The notes below the pieces were generated by a model, which saw only the letters and a program-made list of their open reading frames with translations, ran no database searches and was not told the origin of the DNA. Shown in pieces: positions 1-13,066 of a stretch of DNA of 64,000 nt. The DNA lies in contig CAVUSO010000001.1 in NCBI GenBank assembly GCA_963744145.1, positions 608,001 through 672,000 of the forward strand, in the 5' to 3' direction. The translations under genes and the position numbers were made by a program. The DNA is from an uncultured cyanobacterium (GTDB taxonomy: Bacteria; Cyanobacteriota; Cyanobacteriia; Cyanobacteriales; CAWUOF01). How positions within the stretch are numbered: the stretch's first letter is position 1; each line of letters starts with the position of its first letter.

Positions 1-744
1 GCGTGGTAGTCGATGATTATGACATTCATGAGCATCATCCATCTTTCCTAATTTACCCATAATGTGACTTAAAGGAGAGTAGACTTTAGTAGTATTTGGT
101 TCAATTCGTAATACTTGTAAATAGTTGATAATCGCTTGGTCAAATTTACCTTGATACTGGAAAACATCACCCAAATTTAAGTAAGCATCAGCAAAATTAG
201 GATTGTAAGCGATCGCAAGTTGATAATTCCTCACCCCTTCCTCGAATTGTTCCAGTTCAATTAAAGTATTACCTCGACTATAATAAGCTTGAGCAAAATT
301 TGGCTGAAGTGCGATCGCTTGATTATAATGATCCAGTGCTTCTACTAATTTACCTTGTTGACGATAGATAATCCCTAAATTCAAATAAATAGCTGCATCT
401 TGACATAATTTTAATGCTTGGTGATAGATGTCTAATGCTGGTTCTAATTTCTTTTGTGCAACCAGAATCCGACCTAAATTTAGATACCAAGCGATCGCAG
501 ACTCTAGACATCCTAATTGTTCATAAAGATGAGCAATTTGCCGATATAATGAGTGAGCATCAGGATTAAGCTCGACTGCTTTCTGATAAGCGCGAATTGC
601 GGGATAAATTACTTGCTGCGATCGCCAAATATTGCCTAATTTTTCGTAACCTTCTGGGGACTGAGGTTTAATTTTAATCTCTTCCATCCAGAGGAAGATT
701 TCTGGTTCAGTTCCTGGTTGATTTTCGGGAAATTTTGTCTTCAT
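1..744 (-). CDS. TPR-repeat protein, runs off the window (probable paralog of the adjacent TPR-GT61 gene)
   Basis: Not in ORF track; manual translation from ATG at 744: MKTKFPENQ...YEKLGNIWRSQQVIYPAIRAYQKAVELNP...AYYSRGNTL...ADAYLNLGDVF, open to position 1; multiple TPR motifs. Confidence 0.85.
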   Translation of the reverse strand, partial: MKTKFPENQPGTEPEIFLWMEEIKIKPQSPEGYEKLGNIWRSQQVIYPAIRAYQKAVELNPDAHSLYRQIAHLYEQLGCLESAIAWYLNLGRILVAQKKLEPALDIYHQALKLCQDAAIYLNLGIIYRQQGKLVEALDHYNQAIALQPNFAQAYYSRGNTLIELEQFEEGVRNYQLAIAYNPNFADAYLNLGDVFQYQGKFDQAIINYLQVLRIEPNTTKVYSPLSHIMGKLGKMDDAHECHNHRLPR

Positions 745-751
745 TGGTAAC

Positions 752-2115
752 TTAAATTATTCCTCCAGATTTCATCAATTTTAATAAGGAGTCAATTTTC
801 AGAAAAATATCTTCGATCGCGGGAGGATTAGGTGGTGGTTGTTCCTGATTAGTCCCAGTATAATACTCTTGTAAATTATCACCAATCAAGGCATAATAGT
901 CGAGATTAACATTATGACTAATTATTTTATAAGCTGGAAAACAACAACCAGGGGCAATAATTTCAATAATCTTAGTACCAGGATTACAAAAAACTATATT
1001 AGCAAGTCCTGCACCATGGGGTGCAATCACAATTTTAGCCGTAGATAATAATGCTACTTGTTCCAAAACTGAGAGAGATTCTAAACTTACAGATGTAAAC
1101 CCAAAATTATGTAAAAAATTAACAATTTCATCTTCATTAACAAGTTTACGATAGGATGCTTTTGCCCGACTGATAAAAATCCGCTCATCGCAAGGATCTT
1201 GCTTGATTTTTATTCGGTTTAAAAATTTATCTCTTAAGTAGAGACAGGATCGGTTAAAATTTTTAAATCCACCAATCATCGGGACAAATAAGTTTTCAGC
1301 TTGAATATGAGGAAATTGATCGCTATTAATAATTTTTTGGGTCGGAATACCTAAGATTTCTAAAATTTGTTGTTGAAAGGAGTAACCATAATCACTAAAT
1401 ATAAACCAATCAATCGAATCTAAATTGATATTAGCATAACTCAACACTCCCAAACGAGGTACACAATCGAATAACCAATGATAATAATTAAAGCTCCATC
1501 GAGTTGCTAAAAAAGCCATATTTCCTTTCCAATTATGAGGAGATGTTAATTGTTCAGAATAATGCAGAAAATAAGGGATATTCCCATCACAAAGATCAGC
1601 GACAACTTGATGATTTGAATTAATGATAGCGATGACTTTTTTTTGCACCCAAGCTCTTCCATTAATTAATCGCATGACAAAAGAATTTTCTGGTTGATTT
1701 TGAAGAAAAGTTACTCGGTTTTGTCCATCTGGAATTAATTCACAAAACAATTTTAATAAATTAGGTGATAATCTACTTCGATAACAGTAATTAGCATCGT
1801 CTACCTTATTTTGCTGAATCATAATATCTCTTAAACCAAAGAAAACACCTGGGTAATCAGGTTTAATCTTGATAATATTAAGGTAACAAATAATTGCTTG
1901 CTCAAATTGTTTTAAGTGAAAATATATCTGAGCTAATGCGTAATATGATGGGGCTAAATTAGGATTAATTTCTAATGCTTTCCAATAGGAACGAATTGCG
2001 GATGAAACTTTTTTTGAGAATACAAGCAATTTCCTAATGTATGGTAGAGAGATGCGGATTCAGGTTGAATTTTAATATTTTCAAAACAGGTAAGAATTTG
2101 TGAAGTAACTGTCAT
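752..2115 (-). CDS. TPR + glycosyltransferase family 61 (DUF563-type) protein; apparent -1 frameshift in the A-run at ~2009-2015
   Basis: NYYHWLFD, RIFISR...R.LVNE and APHGAGLAN motifs; N-terminus MTVTSQ...LGNCLYSQKK lies in another frame and joins VSSAIRSY if one A is added. Confidence 0.8.
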
Positions 2116-2243
2116 ATAATTAAGGTAATGCAGATGAGATTTTTTGGAGATAGTAGTTGGTAGAGAATGATAAGATCGCTGAAGCGCAACTATATACCTG
2201 TATTGTAGTATAACATATTTTTTACTCATGATCAACATTGAGC

Positions 2244-2274
2244 AAAAAAAAGCGCCTGGAATCACACAGACGCT
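2244..2274 (-). terminator. Intrinsic terminator of the atp operon
   Basis: Minus strand AGCGTCTG...CAGGCGCT hairpin followed by a T-run, just downstream of the gamma-subunit stop. Confidence 0.75.
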
Positions 2275-2302
2275 GAAACTTAATCGATAATTAAAGGCTA
2301 AA

Positions 2303-3253
2303 CTAACCTTCAAGAGCGTTAGCACCACCGACAACTTCCAGGATTTCCTGGGTAATCGCAGCTTGTCTTGCTTTGTTATAAGTGAGGGTGAGAGTACCAA
2401 TCAGTTCACTAGCATTATCACTAGCATTATTCATCGCGGTCATTCTTGCTGCTAATTCACTAGCTGCTGACTCTTGGAGAGCGCGGAGTAACTGATTATT
2501 CAGATATAGAGGTAAAAGAGCATCAAGAATTTGAGCTGGATCTTGCTCAAATATCATGTCTCGTGGTAGTTCTTTGACGGGAGTAGTAACCTTGTCCCGC
2601 GTTACCTCAAAGTGTCCTTCCCGAGAAGTAAGACGGAAAATTTCATCATCTTTTGCTTCTAATCCTTGTGGATCAAGAGGAAGCAGTGTTTGAATCGCTG
2701 GTTTAGAGCTAATCAAAGAAACAAATCTGGTATAAACCAATTCAATCCGATCGACACTTTCAGACAAAAATAGGGAAAGTAACTCATCTGCTACTTCCCT
2801 TGCTTCTGCTGCTGTGGGAATTTGTTCTAGTCCCGTATAAGTAGCATCAATCGGTTGTTGACGACGTTGGAAATATTGGATTGCTTTGCGTCCAACGATT
2901 ACATATCTATAATCGAGCCCTTCTGCTTTTATTTCTTTGGCGCGGTTTTCAGCCCGACGAATCACGTTAGTGTTATAGGCACCACACAAACCCCGATCGC
3001 CGGAAATTACTAGCAAACCAACGGTTTTTATTTCCCTTTTTTTTAACAAGGGCAGATCAACATCTTCAAACCGAAGACGAGTTTGCAATCCATACAGAAC
3101 CTGGGCTAATCGATCGGCAAAAGGACGAGTAGCAATTACCTGCTCTTGCGCTCTCCGCACCCGAGCAGCAGCTACTAGACGCATTGCTTCGGTAATTTTG
3201 CGAGTATTTTTGACCGACTTAATGCGATCGCGAATGATTTTTAGATTGGCCAT
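2303..3253 (-). CDS. atpG: ATP synthase F1 subunit gamma (cyanobacterial atpC)
   Basis: [40 protein letters not shown]. Confidence 0.98.
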   Translation of the reverse strand: MANLKIIRDRIKSVKNTRKITEAMRLVAAARVRRAQEQVIATRPFADRLAQVLYGLQTRLRFEDVDLPLLKKREIKTVGLLVISGDRGLCGAYNTNVIRRAENRAKEIKAEGLDYRYVIVGRKAIQYFQRRQQPIDATYTGLEQIPTAAEAREVADELLSLFLSESVDRIELVYTRFVSLISSKPAIQTLLPLDPQGLEAKDDEIFRLTSREGHFEVTRDKVTTPVKELPRDMIFEQDPAQILDALLPLYLNNQLLRALQESAASELAARMTAMNNASDNASELIGTLTLTYNKARQAAITQEILEVVGGANALEG

Positions 3254-3314
3254 AATATTTAGACTGGGAATGGGGATAGGAGAAAACAGAAGTCAGAGAC
3301 TTCTGTATTCTGAA

Positions 3315-4850
<1,536 letters not shown>

Positions 4851-4891
4851 TTAATAGTTGACTAATTGCTAATAGTTTGTGCAGCTATTAG

Positions 4892-5446
4892 CTAGGTGGC
4901 ACTACTTAAGCGCAGACTAATGCGACGCAGTTGTCCGCGTAAGCTCGCGTCAATGATTTGGGAACCAACTTTGACGATTACACCCCCAATTAATTCAGGA
5001 TCAATCGTAGTTCTGAATTCCACATTCTGAGCAGTTGTCAGTTGGAGAACTTTTTGCCGCACCGATTGTTCTTGCTCTTCACTTAAAGCGATCGCCGCAG
5101 TAATTTCGGCTAGAACTGTTTGATTTAGCTCGCGCAACAACACCAGATATTGTTCGCAAATTTCCGCTAGAAAGATAATCCGACGCCGATCTACTAACAG
5201 CTTTAAAAAGTTCAGCGAAAAATGATGAACTTGCTCACCAATAATGCGCTCAATTACAGCTTTTTTATTCTCTTCTGTCACGAAGGGATTAGCGAGTAAA
5301 ACATTTAGTTCTGGTGAACTTTTCAGCAGCTCAATTAATCCCCTCACATCATTACCAATTTGTTCAGTGATGTTGTGAGTTTTAGCAATCGACATGAGCG
5401 CTTGTGCGTAAGGTTCAGCTACCTCAGCACTAACTATTCCTTTCAT
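4892..5446 (-). CDS. atpH: ATP synthase F1 subunit delta (cyanobacterial atpD)
   Basis: PYAQAL N-terminus, IDPELIGG...IDASLRGQL C-terminus, operon position. Confidence 0.96.
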   Translation of the reverse strand: MKGIVSAEVAEPYAQALMSIAKTHNITEQIGNDVRGLIELLKSSPELNVLLANPFVTEENKKAVIERIIGEQVHHFSLNFLKLLVDRRRIIFLAEICEQYLVLLRELNQTVLAEITAAIALSEEQEQSVRQKVLQLTTAQNVEFRTTIDPELIGGVIVKVGSQIIDASLRGQLRRISLRLSSAT

Positions 5447-6012
5447 CGGCTATCTCCTAATAAAACTATGCTACGATCAATTAATTTTTGTTGAGCGTAG
5501 TGATCTAGCCGATCTTTGAGTTGAGTTTCTACTTTTTCTAGTGCTAAAGCACTTACCCTTTGACGCAGTTCGGCGATCGCTCGCTCTCTTTCTGAGTCTA
5601 AATCTTTCACCGCGTCTGCTTGTAAACGAATTACATCAGCATCAGCTTGAGCTAAAATTGCTTCTCTAGCTGCTTTTGCTCTTGCTTCTGCTTCCGTGCG
5701 AATTTTTTCTGCTTCTGCTTGAGCTTGAGTCAGTTTTTGTTGAGCATCAGATAGAGCTTCTGCTGCTTTCGCAACTCGATCTTCTGCTTCTTTAATTGCT
5801 GTTTCTATGTTGGTACGTCTTTCTGTCAATATCCTACCCAGAAAATCCCGTCCGAAGTAAATTAGGATACCTATAACTATGGCAAGGTTGATGATGTTAG
5901 TTTCAAAAATGTCAAAGTTTAAGCCAAACCCACCTTCGGACTCTTTTTCTGCTAATTCCGCAGCCGCAGCACTAGCTATTGCTAGCCATCCAAATGTCCC
6001 CATGTTCTCCAA
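5443..6012 (-). CDS. atpF: ATP synthase F0 subunit b
   Basis: GFGLNFDIFETNIINLAI then long coiled coil. Confidence 0.95.
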   Translation of the reverse strand: MENMGTFGWLAIASAAAAELAEKESEGGFGLNFDIFETNIINLAIVIGILIYFGRDFLGRILTERRTNIETAIKEAEDRVAKAAEALSDAQQKLTQAQAEAEKIRTEAEARAKAAREAILAQADADVIRLQADAVKDLDSERERAIAELRQRVSALALEKVETQLKDRLDHYAQQKLIDRSIVLLGDSR

Positions 6013-6076
6013 TTCCTAACTGCGTTTTTGCCCTAGTTGATGTTTTTTAAACATCAGACTATTGAACTTTGAACTT

Positions 6077-6565
6077 CTATCGGTTTACTAGTTCTGCACC
6101 CAATAGTTTTTCGAGAATTTGACGACTAAGTCCGTCTATTTGTTGTTCTAAATTACTCATTGCTGCTTGTTTTTGCTGTTCAATTTCTTGAGCAGCTATT
6201 TCTCTTTTTGCTTGAGCTTCTTGTTGAGCTTCGGCAATTTTTTGAGCAGCGATCTTTTGAGCTTCTGCTTGAGCAGTTGTAATTGTGGCTTGGGCTTGTT
6301 TCCGAGTTAGACCTAGTTCTTGTTCGTATTGTTCAGCTAATTTTTCAGCTTTAGACAATCTTTCTTTAGCATCTACTTTCTTGTGACGGACGTATTCAGC
6401 CCGATCATCGATCGCTTTGCTTAGAGGTTTGTACAAGAGCTGATTTAGCACGAACATCAAAACTAAAAACTGAATGGCCATGACGGGCAGAGTCGGACCG
6501 ATATCAAATAATCCTCCCTCTTTTTTAACTGCCTCAACAGCCAACAGAATGGTCGAGTCTATCAT
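6077..6565 (-). CDS. atpF2: ATP synthase F0 subunit b' (cyanobacterial atpG)
   Basis: GGLFD...[11 protein letters not shown] then coiled coil; lies between c and b. Confidence 0.93.
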   Translation of the reverse strand: MIDSTILLAVEAVKKEGGLFDIGPTLPVMAIQFLVLMFVLNQLLYKPLSKAIDDRAEYVRHKKVDAKERLSKAEKLAEQYEQELGLTRKQAQATITTAQAEAQKIAAQKIAEAQQEAQAKREIAAQEIEQQKQAAMSNLEQQIDGLSRQILEKLLGAELVNR

Positions 6566-6657
6566 TTTTGGTTCCCAATATGCTCTGGAACTATCAGATG
6601 GATGATTAGGGGGTAGAGACTCGATCGCTCTTGTCTCTACCTACATTAGTGTTGCTA

Positions 6658-7008
<351 letters not shown>

Positions 7009-7104
7009 CTAGCAATTACTGCTTTTGCCAATCTGAGCAAAACTACTGGCTAAGAAAACTAATTGTTAGTTATCAACCCTTAGCTAGTTTTTGCTTTTCT
7101 GAAT

Positions 7105-7866
7105 TTAGTGGTGTTCCTCATGCTCACCACCATGCCCCTCCATTGCTTCGCCAATATAGACGCCGGCTAAGGTGGAGAAAATCAGCGCCTGAATTGCACT
7201 GGTAAATAATCCTAATAACATGACTGGCAAGGGAATAAACAGGGGCACTAGCAATACTAAGACTGCGACCACTAGTTCATCCGCCAAAATGTTACCAAAT
7301 AGACGGAAGCTCAGGGAGAGGGGCTTGGTAAAATCTTCCAAAATATTGATGGGCAATAAAATCGGCGTGGGCTGAATATATTTGGCAAAGTATTCTAAGC
7401 CGCGTTTTTTAAACCCAGCATAGAAATAAGCCAAAGATGTCAGCAACGCTAGTGCCACAGTGGTGTTGATGTCATTGGTGGGGGCTGCTAGCTCACCCGC
7501 CGGTATATGGATCAACTTCCAAGGAATCAGAGCGCCCGACCAATTTGAAATAAAGATGAACAAAAACAACGTACCAATAAATGGCACCCAAGGGCGATAT
7601 TCTTTTTCACCAATCTGGTTTTTCGCTATATCTCGAATAAATTCCAGGGCAAATTCCATGAAATTTTGCATCCCGCTCGGAACGCGCTGGATGTTACGAG
7701 TCCCTGCGATCGTGGCGATGAGCAAGATGGTAATGACTAACCAAGAGGTAATCAATACTTGCCCATGTACTTTCAGGTTGCCGATTTGCCAGTATAAATG
7801 CTGGCCAAGTTCTAATTTGGCGAGGGGGAAAAAATTAATGGTGGTTAAACTGGTTAGCATTTCCAT
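7105..7866 (-). CDS. atpB: ATP synthase F0 subunit a (cyanobacterial atpI)
   Basis: [19 protein letters not shown]. Confidence 0.98.
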   Translation of the reverse strand: MEMLTSLTTINFFPLAKLELGQHLYWQIGNLKVHGQVLITSWLVITILLIATIAGTRNIQRVPSGMQNFMEFALEFIRDIAKNQIGEKEYRPWVPFIGTLFLFIFISNWSGALIPWKLIHIPAGELAAPTNDINTTVALALLTSLAYFYAGFKKRGLEYFAKYIQPTPILLPINILEDFTKPLSLSFRLFGNILADELVVAVLVLLVPLFIPLPVMLLGLFTSAIQALIFSTLAGVYIGEAMEGHGGEHEEHH

Positions 7867-7909
7867 TCAAGAGGTTTCCCCAGGGTTCTAGGAGTGGCTT
7901 ATGCCCAAG

Positions 7910-8395
7910 CTACATCCCTGAGCGTGATGTAGGTGTAATGACAGTGCGGAGTAAATAAGCTAGGACTGTCACTTTATAGGTCAGAAAACCCAAAAATATG
8001 GGCAGAATCTGGAGCTGTTTCAATTGAGTTGAAGCTATAATCAACCCAACAAATAAAGCCAAGCGAGCTTTACTCAGATGCTGATTTTCTGTGCCGAGAC
8101 GCTCAACGTCTTTCGCCATCATTCTTAAGTAAATCACACCCGTGCAAGCCCCAAGCAAATAATTGAGAGCAACGCTTAGGGAATAAACGAGCCAAACAGA
8201 GATAAAAATTATCCCTATAAAAACAAGAGTGCCCAGCAATAAGAATTGTTGGAGTTGATAAAACTCTTGCAGAGAATGGTTTGGTTCTGACGAGAGAGAG
8301 CCAGATTGGGGCACAAGTCCCGTTTCTGGAATGGGTTGGATAGGTTCGTCTGGCGAGATCACCGAGTTTAGCTGGGATATGCAGGCCATTGGCAA
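7910..8395 (-). CDS. atpI: ATP synthase protein I (Atp1)
   Basis: Hydrophobic, GFLTYK motif, first gene of the operon; start uncertain. Confidence 0.85.
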   Translation of the reverse strand: MPMACISQLNSVISPDEPIQPIPETGLVPQSGSLSSEPNHSLQEFYQLQQFLLLGTLVFIGIIFISVWLVYSLSVALNYLLGACTGVIYLRMMAKDVERLGTENQHLSKARLALFVGLIIASTQLKQLQILPIFLGFLTYKVTVLAYLLRTVITPTSRSGM

Positions 8396-8450
8396 TCATA
8401 TCATGGTGGTGTAACCATCCGAAACCAGACTTTTTCTACTAATTCCTTTT

Positions 8451-9638
8451 TTATTTTTTGCTGGGGCTAGGTGTGAGTAAAATTAGTTGTTGGGAAAAAA
8501 GCGATCGCACTACCCCCAATTCCAGGTTTAAATTACTGAGAATTGTCCCGACTGGTTTTGGCTCATTCTGGTCGATCGCTTGCATAAACTCGAATTCTGG
8601 TTCGGATAAATTGACGACTTGGTACTCATAATTAAATAGGCAACGGCTGGGCCATCCATTGATACAGGGATGAAGTTCTGCGATCGCTTGAAGTAATTCT
8701 TGATCATTTGACCAATCGGTTTTGGGGAGGGGAGAACGTCCCAGGAAAAATTCGTAATGGCTGATGTCTGGATCTAATAGTTCAATTAACTGATATCGTT
8801 CTCGATCGCTTAATTTTTCTACCCGTTCTAGTAAATCTGGTGCTTTCCCCAGTAATCGTTCGATTTGCCAATAGTTAGGGTTAGAAAAACCGATAAACTC
8901 TAATCCAGAAGCATCAATGAGGTCAAATAATGTGTTGATATTATAGTCAATCTCCTGGGGATGGACATACATATCGGCAAAATTAGCATCCTGATGATTT
9001 TCTAAGGACCAACGTTCTTTTTCTCGCTTGACAATACGGTTGTTTTCTGGTAAAGAAGCAAATATTTCCCGTCCGATTTTTACTCCCGCTTGGTAATCTC
9101 CTCGTTGATCACCTTGAAGGAGTGCGATCGCTTGTTGCATCAGTCGAATTTCCCAACGACCCAATTGAGCATAGACAAAGATGTGCATTAATCCACCCGG
9201 AGCTAATTTCGGAGCGATCGCTTGGATTCCTTTGAGTGGATCAGGTAAATGATGTAAGACCCCAACACAGTTGATCAAATCAAACTCACCAGGGATTTCT
9301 CCCACATCATAGAGACTGAGATGATGAAAACTGACCCGATTTGCACCTGAACGCTGACATCGTTCCCTAGCTATTTCTAAAGCACTACTACTTAAATCTA
9401 TTCCTGTAACTTCTGCTTGAGGGTTAAGATGAGCTAAATATTCAGTACCAACACCAGTACCACAACCAACATCAAGGATTTTAATATCTTGTTTAAGTGG
9501 TTTTTGACCCGTACAGAAACTATAAGCAGCTTGCCAATGCCAGCGCCAATTATAACCTGGAGGTGGTTCATCAAGCAAGGGTTCGGGTGGAAAAGGGTAA
9601 GTATCGTATAATTTTTGAACCGCTGAACTAATATCCAC
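8451..9638 (-). CDS. Class I SAM-dependent methyltransferase
   Basis: ILDVGCGTG, GVLHHLPDP; commonly found upstream of cyanobacterial atp1. Confidence 0.9.
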   Translation of the reverse strand: MDISSAVQKLYDTYPFPPEPLLDEPPPGYNWRWHWQAAYSFCTGQKPLKQDIKILDVGCGTGVGTEYLAHLNPQAEVTGIDLSSSALEIARERCQRSGANRVSFHHLSLYDVGEIPGEFDLINCVGVLHHLPDPLKGIQAIAPKLAPGGLMHIFVYAQLGRWEIRLMQQAIALLQGDQRGDYQAGVKIGREIFASLPENNRIVKREKERWSLENHQDANFADMYVHPQEIDYNINTLFDLIDASGLEFIGFSNPNYWQIERLLGKAPDLLERVEKLSDRERYQLIELLDPDISHYEFFLGRSPLPKTDWSNDQELLQAIAELHPCINGWPSRCLFNYEYQVVNLSEPEFEFMQAIDQNEPKPVGTILSNLNLELGVVRSLFSQQLILLTPSPSKK

Positions 9639-10097
9639 AGCAATTTCCTAAACAGATTGAGTGTTTTTGTTCCAGTAGTATATGATATTTTCAGCTCAGG
9701 CCGATCGCGCGTGAGAAAATATCAGACGATCACCTAGATCAATAAAATTAAAAGCTCGCGATCGCCTAACATCAATTATTTCTGTCTGTAAATATAGCGA
9801 TTGCTATTCAAAGTTCCCCAGTTATCCATATCTGGAGAAGTGCGATCGCTGTTGAGACGGGTGGAGAGCGATCGCCTTTTAACAAACAGATGTGGAAGAA
9901 ATGGGGACAGCCTTTGGGAAATGATTGGTGCGATCACTTTTAGGATGCTATTGGGAGACTGCGATCGCGATTAGTTTAATATTGGGAGACTGCGATCGCC
10001 CCGCAGTAGTTCCGCTAATTCCGCTTCAGTAAAACTCAGCAAATCTCCACTATGACAGCAATCTAACCAAACAATCTGCTTTGGTTGTAAGCAATAG

Positions 10098-10213
10098 ACA
10101 AGAAAGCAAAAGTCCTTATTGATCAATTGATTGACAGGCAAGATGCCTGTCCCACCAGGAAAAATCACTTTTGTGGGACGGGCATCTTGCCCGTCCTATT
10201 TATTTTTGCAAGA
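10098..10213 (+). repeat. ~115-bp REP/MITE-like element with two GACAGGCAAGATGCCTGTC-type palindromes (copy 1)
   Basis: Close match to the reverse complement of 11869-11983. Confidence 0.8.
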
Positions 10214-10389
10214 GGATTGTTAAGAAAGATGTGACTAATGGATAGCCTTTAGGTCGAGGCGTTGGGGGAGAGGTGTTCTGCTAGAATGAAACAGCACTGC
10301 TAAACTGGAGCAGTTCTGAGAAAACAATTCGCTGATTATCTAGAATTGCGATATTCTTAGTCCTTAGTCTTAATGGGTTGAGGGAACTG

Positions 10390-11862
10390 ATGAAAATTAA
10401 TAATTTTTTATTATTTAATTTCTTGATACCGGGAGGTTTTTTTATCTTTGTGTTGGTCTTTATGCCGATCGCACAAGTATTTCATTTTGATGTTAATGAT
10501 GAAGGGATTGAATTAATTAAAGCTGCTTTATATGCTAAAGGGTTTACTTTATATGAGGATATTTGGAACGATCAACCACCGCTTTTAACTGTTATTTTAG
10601 CATTTTGGCTGAGTAGTTTTGGCAAATCTATTTTCGCAGCCAGACTGTTAACTTTATGTTTTGCCACTATTCTGATCTGGTCTTTCTGTCAAACCCTGCG
10701 GATTTATGTAGGTAATCGATTAGCGATTATTAGTGTTCTGTTACTAATGATTTCTGGTAATTTTCTGAATCTGAGTGTTTCCGTTATGTTTGGTCTGCCC
10801 GCTTTAGCGATGGCAATGCTATCAGTTTATACTTTAATTATTTATCAACAAGAACAAAAATATGACTATTTGATTATGCTTTCAGGTATTTTTCTGGGGC
10901 TGTCTTTGCAAATCAAGTTATTTACAGCGTTGCTGATTCCTTTGATGTTATTGGAAATGATTAAACCGCGCTTAAGTCATAAATTGTTATGGCAGAAAAT
11001 TATCCTATGGTTAACTGCTTTATTGCTCAGTTTTATCTTGGTGGGTATTGCTTGTAATTCCTTCAATTATCAACAGTTAATTGATACTCATATGGGAGAT
11101 AATGTTAAAGCTGCGTTTGCCCAAGAAAATAGTCTCCAAATCACATTTACACTTTTATTGCAAGATTTTGATTATGTTCTTTTAGCAATCCTAGGAGCGA
11201 TCGCGATCTGGCAAAAAAGACAATGGGAGAAACTATTTCCCCTCTCTTGGTTACTTTTAGGGATAATTTTGTTAATCAATCATCGACCAGTTTGGTATCA
11301 CCATTATCTATTAGTTTCCATTCCCTTAACCTGGTTAGCTACCTATGGAATTGCCTTGTCTGCTGATTTTTTTCAACAAAATGGTTGGTATTTTAAATTT
11401 ACTTTAGCCAAATTTAAAAACTTAAGTTTATCTGGTGTTGCAGCTAGTTTGGTGATTCTTTCTCTCTTACTGATTCCGGTTAAAATCAGCGTAATTCACT
11501 GGCAAAATAATCAGTATGTAGCAGAAAGTAATAGTAAAAATTATGTTGTTAATCTTATGTTAGAGTATAAACCAGTTACCAAATGGGTATTTACAGACTG
11601 TCCGATTTATGCTTTTTATGCAGATTTACTTGTCCCACCCGAAATTGCTGTGCTTTCCAAAATTCGAGTCGAGTCAAAAACTATTACAGTTGATGAGATG
11701 ATCAGACTTTTGCAAACCTATCAGCCCGAACAAGCTTTATTTTGTAAGTTTAAACATCTTCATCGTGATTTAAGTAATTATCTCCAGGCACACTATACCA
11801 AAAATTATCAAGCGGATGGGATAACTCATTATTTGTTAAAAGGGTTAAATTTATCGAAATAA
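10390..11862 (+). CDS. Polytopic membrane glycosyltransferase (GT-C; ArnT/PMT_2-like)
   Basis: DEG and DQPPL motifs, many TM helices. Confidence 0.75.
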   Translation: MKINNFLLFNFLIPGGFFIFVLVFMPIAQVFHFDVNDEGIELIKAALYAKGFTLYEDIWNDQPPLLTVILAFWLSSFGKSIFAARLLTLCFATILIWSFCQTLRIYVGNRLAIISVLLLMISGNFLNLSVSVMFGLPALAMAMLSVYTLIIYQQEQKYDYLIMLSGIFLGLSLQIKLFTALLIPLMLLEMIKPRLSHKLLWQKIILWLTALLLSFILVGIACNSFNYQQLIDTHMGDNVKAAFAQENSLQITFTLLLQDFDYVLLAILGAIAIWQKRQWEKLFPLSWLLLGIILLINHRPVWYHHYLLVSIPLTWLATYGIALSADFFQQNGWYFKFTLAKFKNLSLSGVAASLVILSLLLIPVKISVIHWQNNQYVAESNSKNYVVNLMLEYKPVTKWVFTDCPIYAFYADLLVPPEIAVLSKIRVESKTITVDEMIRLLQTYQPEQALFCKFKHLHRDLSNYLQAHYTKNYQADGITHYLLKGLNLSK

Positions 11863-11868
11863 TAGACT

Positions 11869-11983
11869 TCTTGCAAAAATAACTAGGACAGGCATCTTGC
11901 CTGTCCCACAAGAGTTTTTTTGGTTGTGGGACAGGCATCTTGCCTGTCCAGTAAATTGATCAACATGACTTTTGCTTTCTTGT
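11869..11983 (-). repeat. ~115-bp REP/MITE-like element (copy 2, inverted)
   Basis: Two GGACAGGCATCTTGCCTGTCC palindromes; reverse complement matches 10098-10213. Confidence 0.8.
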
Positions 11984-12061
11984 TTAATGATCTGATTAAC
12001 AGCAGATATTAGCTATAATCGTTTCTGCCAAAAAGAAGATTTCTGCTAAAAATTATCTACC

Positions 12062-13066
12062 ATGACTACTATCCAACTCAGCGATCTCGAAGCCCAATTA
12101 GAAAATCTCCGTCAAGCAGCTGCCAGTGCGATCGCTCAAGCTAATACATTAGAAGAGCTGGAAGAACTCAGGATCGGGTATTTGGGCAAAAAAGGACAAA
12201 TATCCAAAGTTTTAGGTAGCATGGGAAAATTAGACCCAAGCGATCGCCCCCGCATCGGAGCCCGAGCTAATGAAGTCAAGGAAGCAGTCCAAACCGACTT
12301 AGAAACTAAACGTAACGATTTACAAACTGCCCAAATCCAAGCCAAGCTAAAATCAGAAACAATTGATGTTAGTATGCCCGGGGTATATTGTCCCCAAGGT
12401 CGAGTTCATCCTTTAAATGGTGTGATCGATCGAGTATTAGATATCTTTGTGGGACTTGGTTACACCGTGGCCACCGGCCCAGAAATGGAAACAGATTATT
12501 ATAACTTTGAAGCTTTAAATACTCCCCCAGATCATCCAGCGCGAGATATGCAAGATACCTTCTACCTACCTGATGGTAATCTGATGCGAACTCATACATC
12601 ATCAGTGCAAATTCGCTATATGGAAAGTCATCAACCACCAGTGCGAATTGTTGCTCCTGGACGTTGTTGTCGTCGTGATACAGTTGATGCTACTCATGCT
12701 GCGGTGTTCCATCAAATTGAAATTTTAGCAGTAGATGAAGGTTTAACCTTTACCGATCTCAAAGGTACGATCAAAGAATTTTTAAGACAAATGTTTGGTG
12801 AATTACCAATTCGGTTTCGGGCTAGTTATTTTCCCTTTACAGAACCTTCAGCCGAAGTAGATTTACAATGGAAAGGAAAATGGTTAGAAGTAATGGGATG
12901 TGGAATGGTTGATCCAAATGTTCTCAAAGCTGTCGGTTATGATTCCGAAAAATATACTGGATTTGCCGCAGGTTTTGGAGCTGAAAGATTTGCCATGGTT
13001 TTACACCAAATTGATGATATTCGTCGCGTATATGCCAGTGATTTGCGTTTTTTAAGACAATTTTAA
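12062..13066 (+). CDS. pheS: Phenylalanine-tRNA ligase alpha subunit
   Basis: [31 protein letters not shown]. Confidence 0.99.
   Translation: MTTIQLSDLEAQLENLRQAAASAIAQANTLEELEELRIGYLGKKGQISKVLGSMGKLDPSDRPRIGARANEVKEAVQTDLETKRNDLQTAQIQAKLKSETIDVSMPGVYCPQGRVHPLNGVIDRVLDIFVGLGYTVATGPEMETDYYNFEALNTPPDHPARDMQDTFYLPDGNLMRTHTSSVQIRYMESHQPPVRIVAPGRCCRRDTVDATHAAVFHQIEILAVDEGLTFTDLKGTIKEFLRQMFGELPIRFRASYFPFTEPSAEVDLQWKGKWLEVMGCGMVDPNVLKAVGYDSEKYTGFAAGFGAERFAMVLHQIDDIRRVYASDLRFLRQF

Noticed and set aside
1972-2400. 142-aa ORF as an independent gene
   Set aside because: Its 5' part overlaps the gamma gene and terminator; its 3' part is the frameshifted N-terminus of the TPR-GT61 gene
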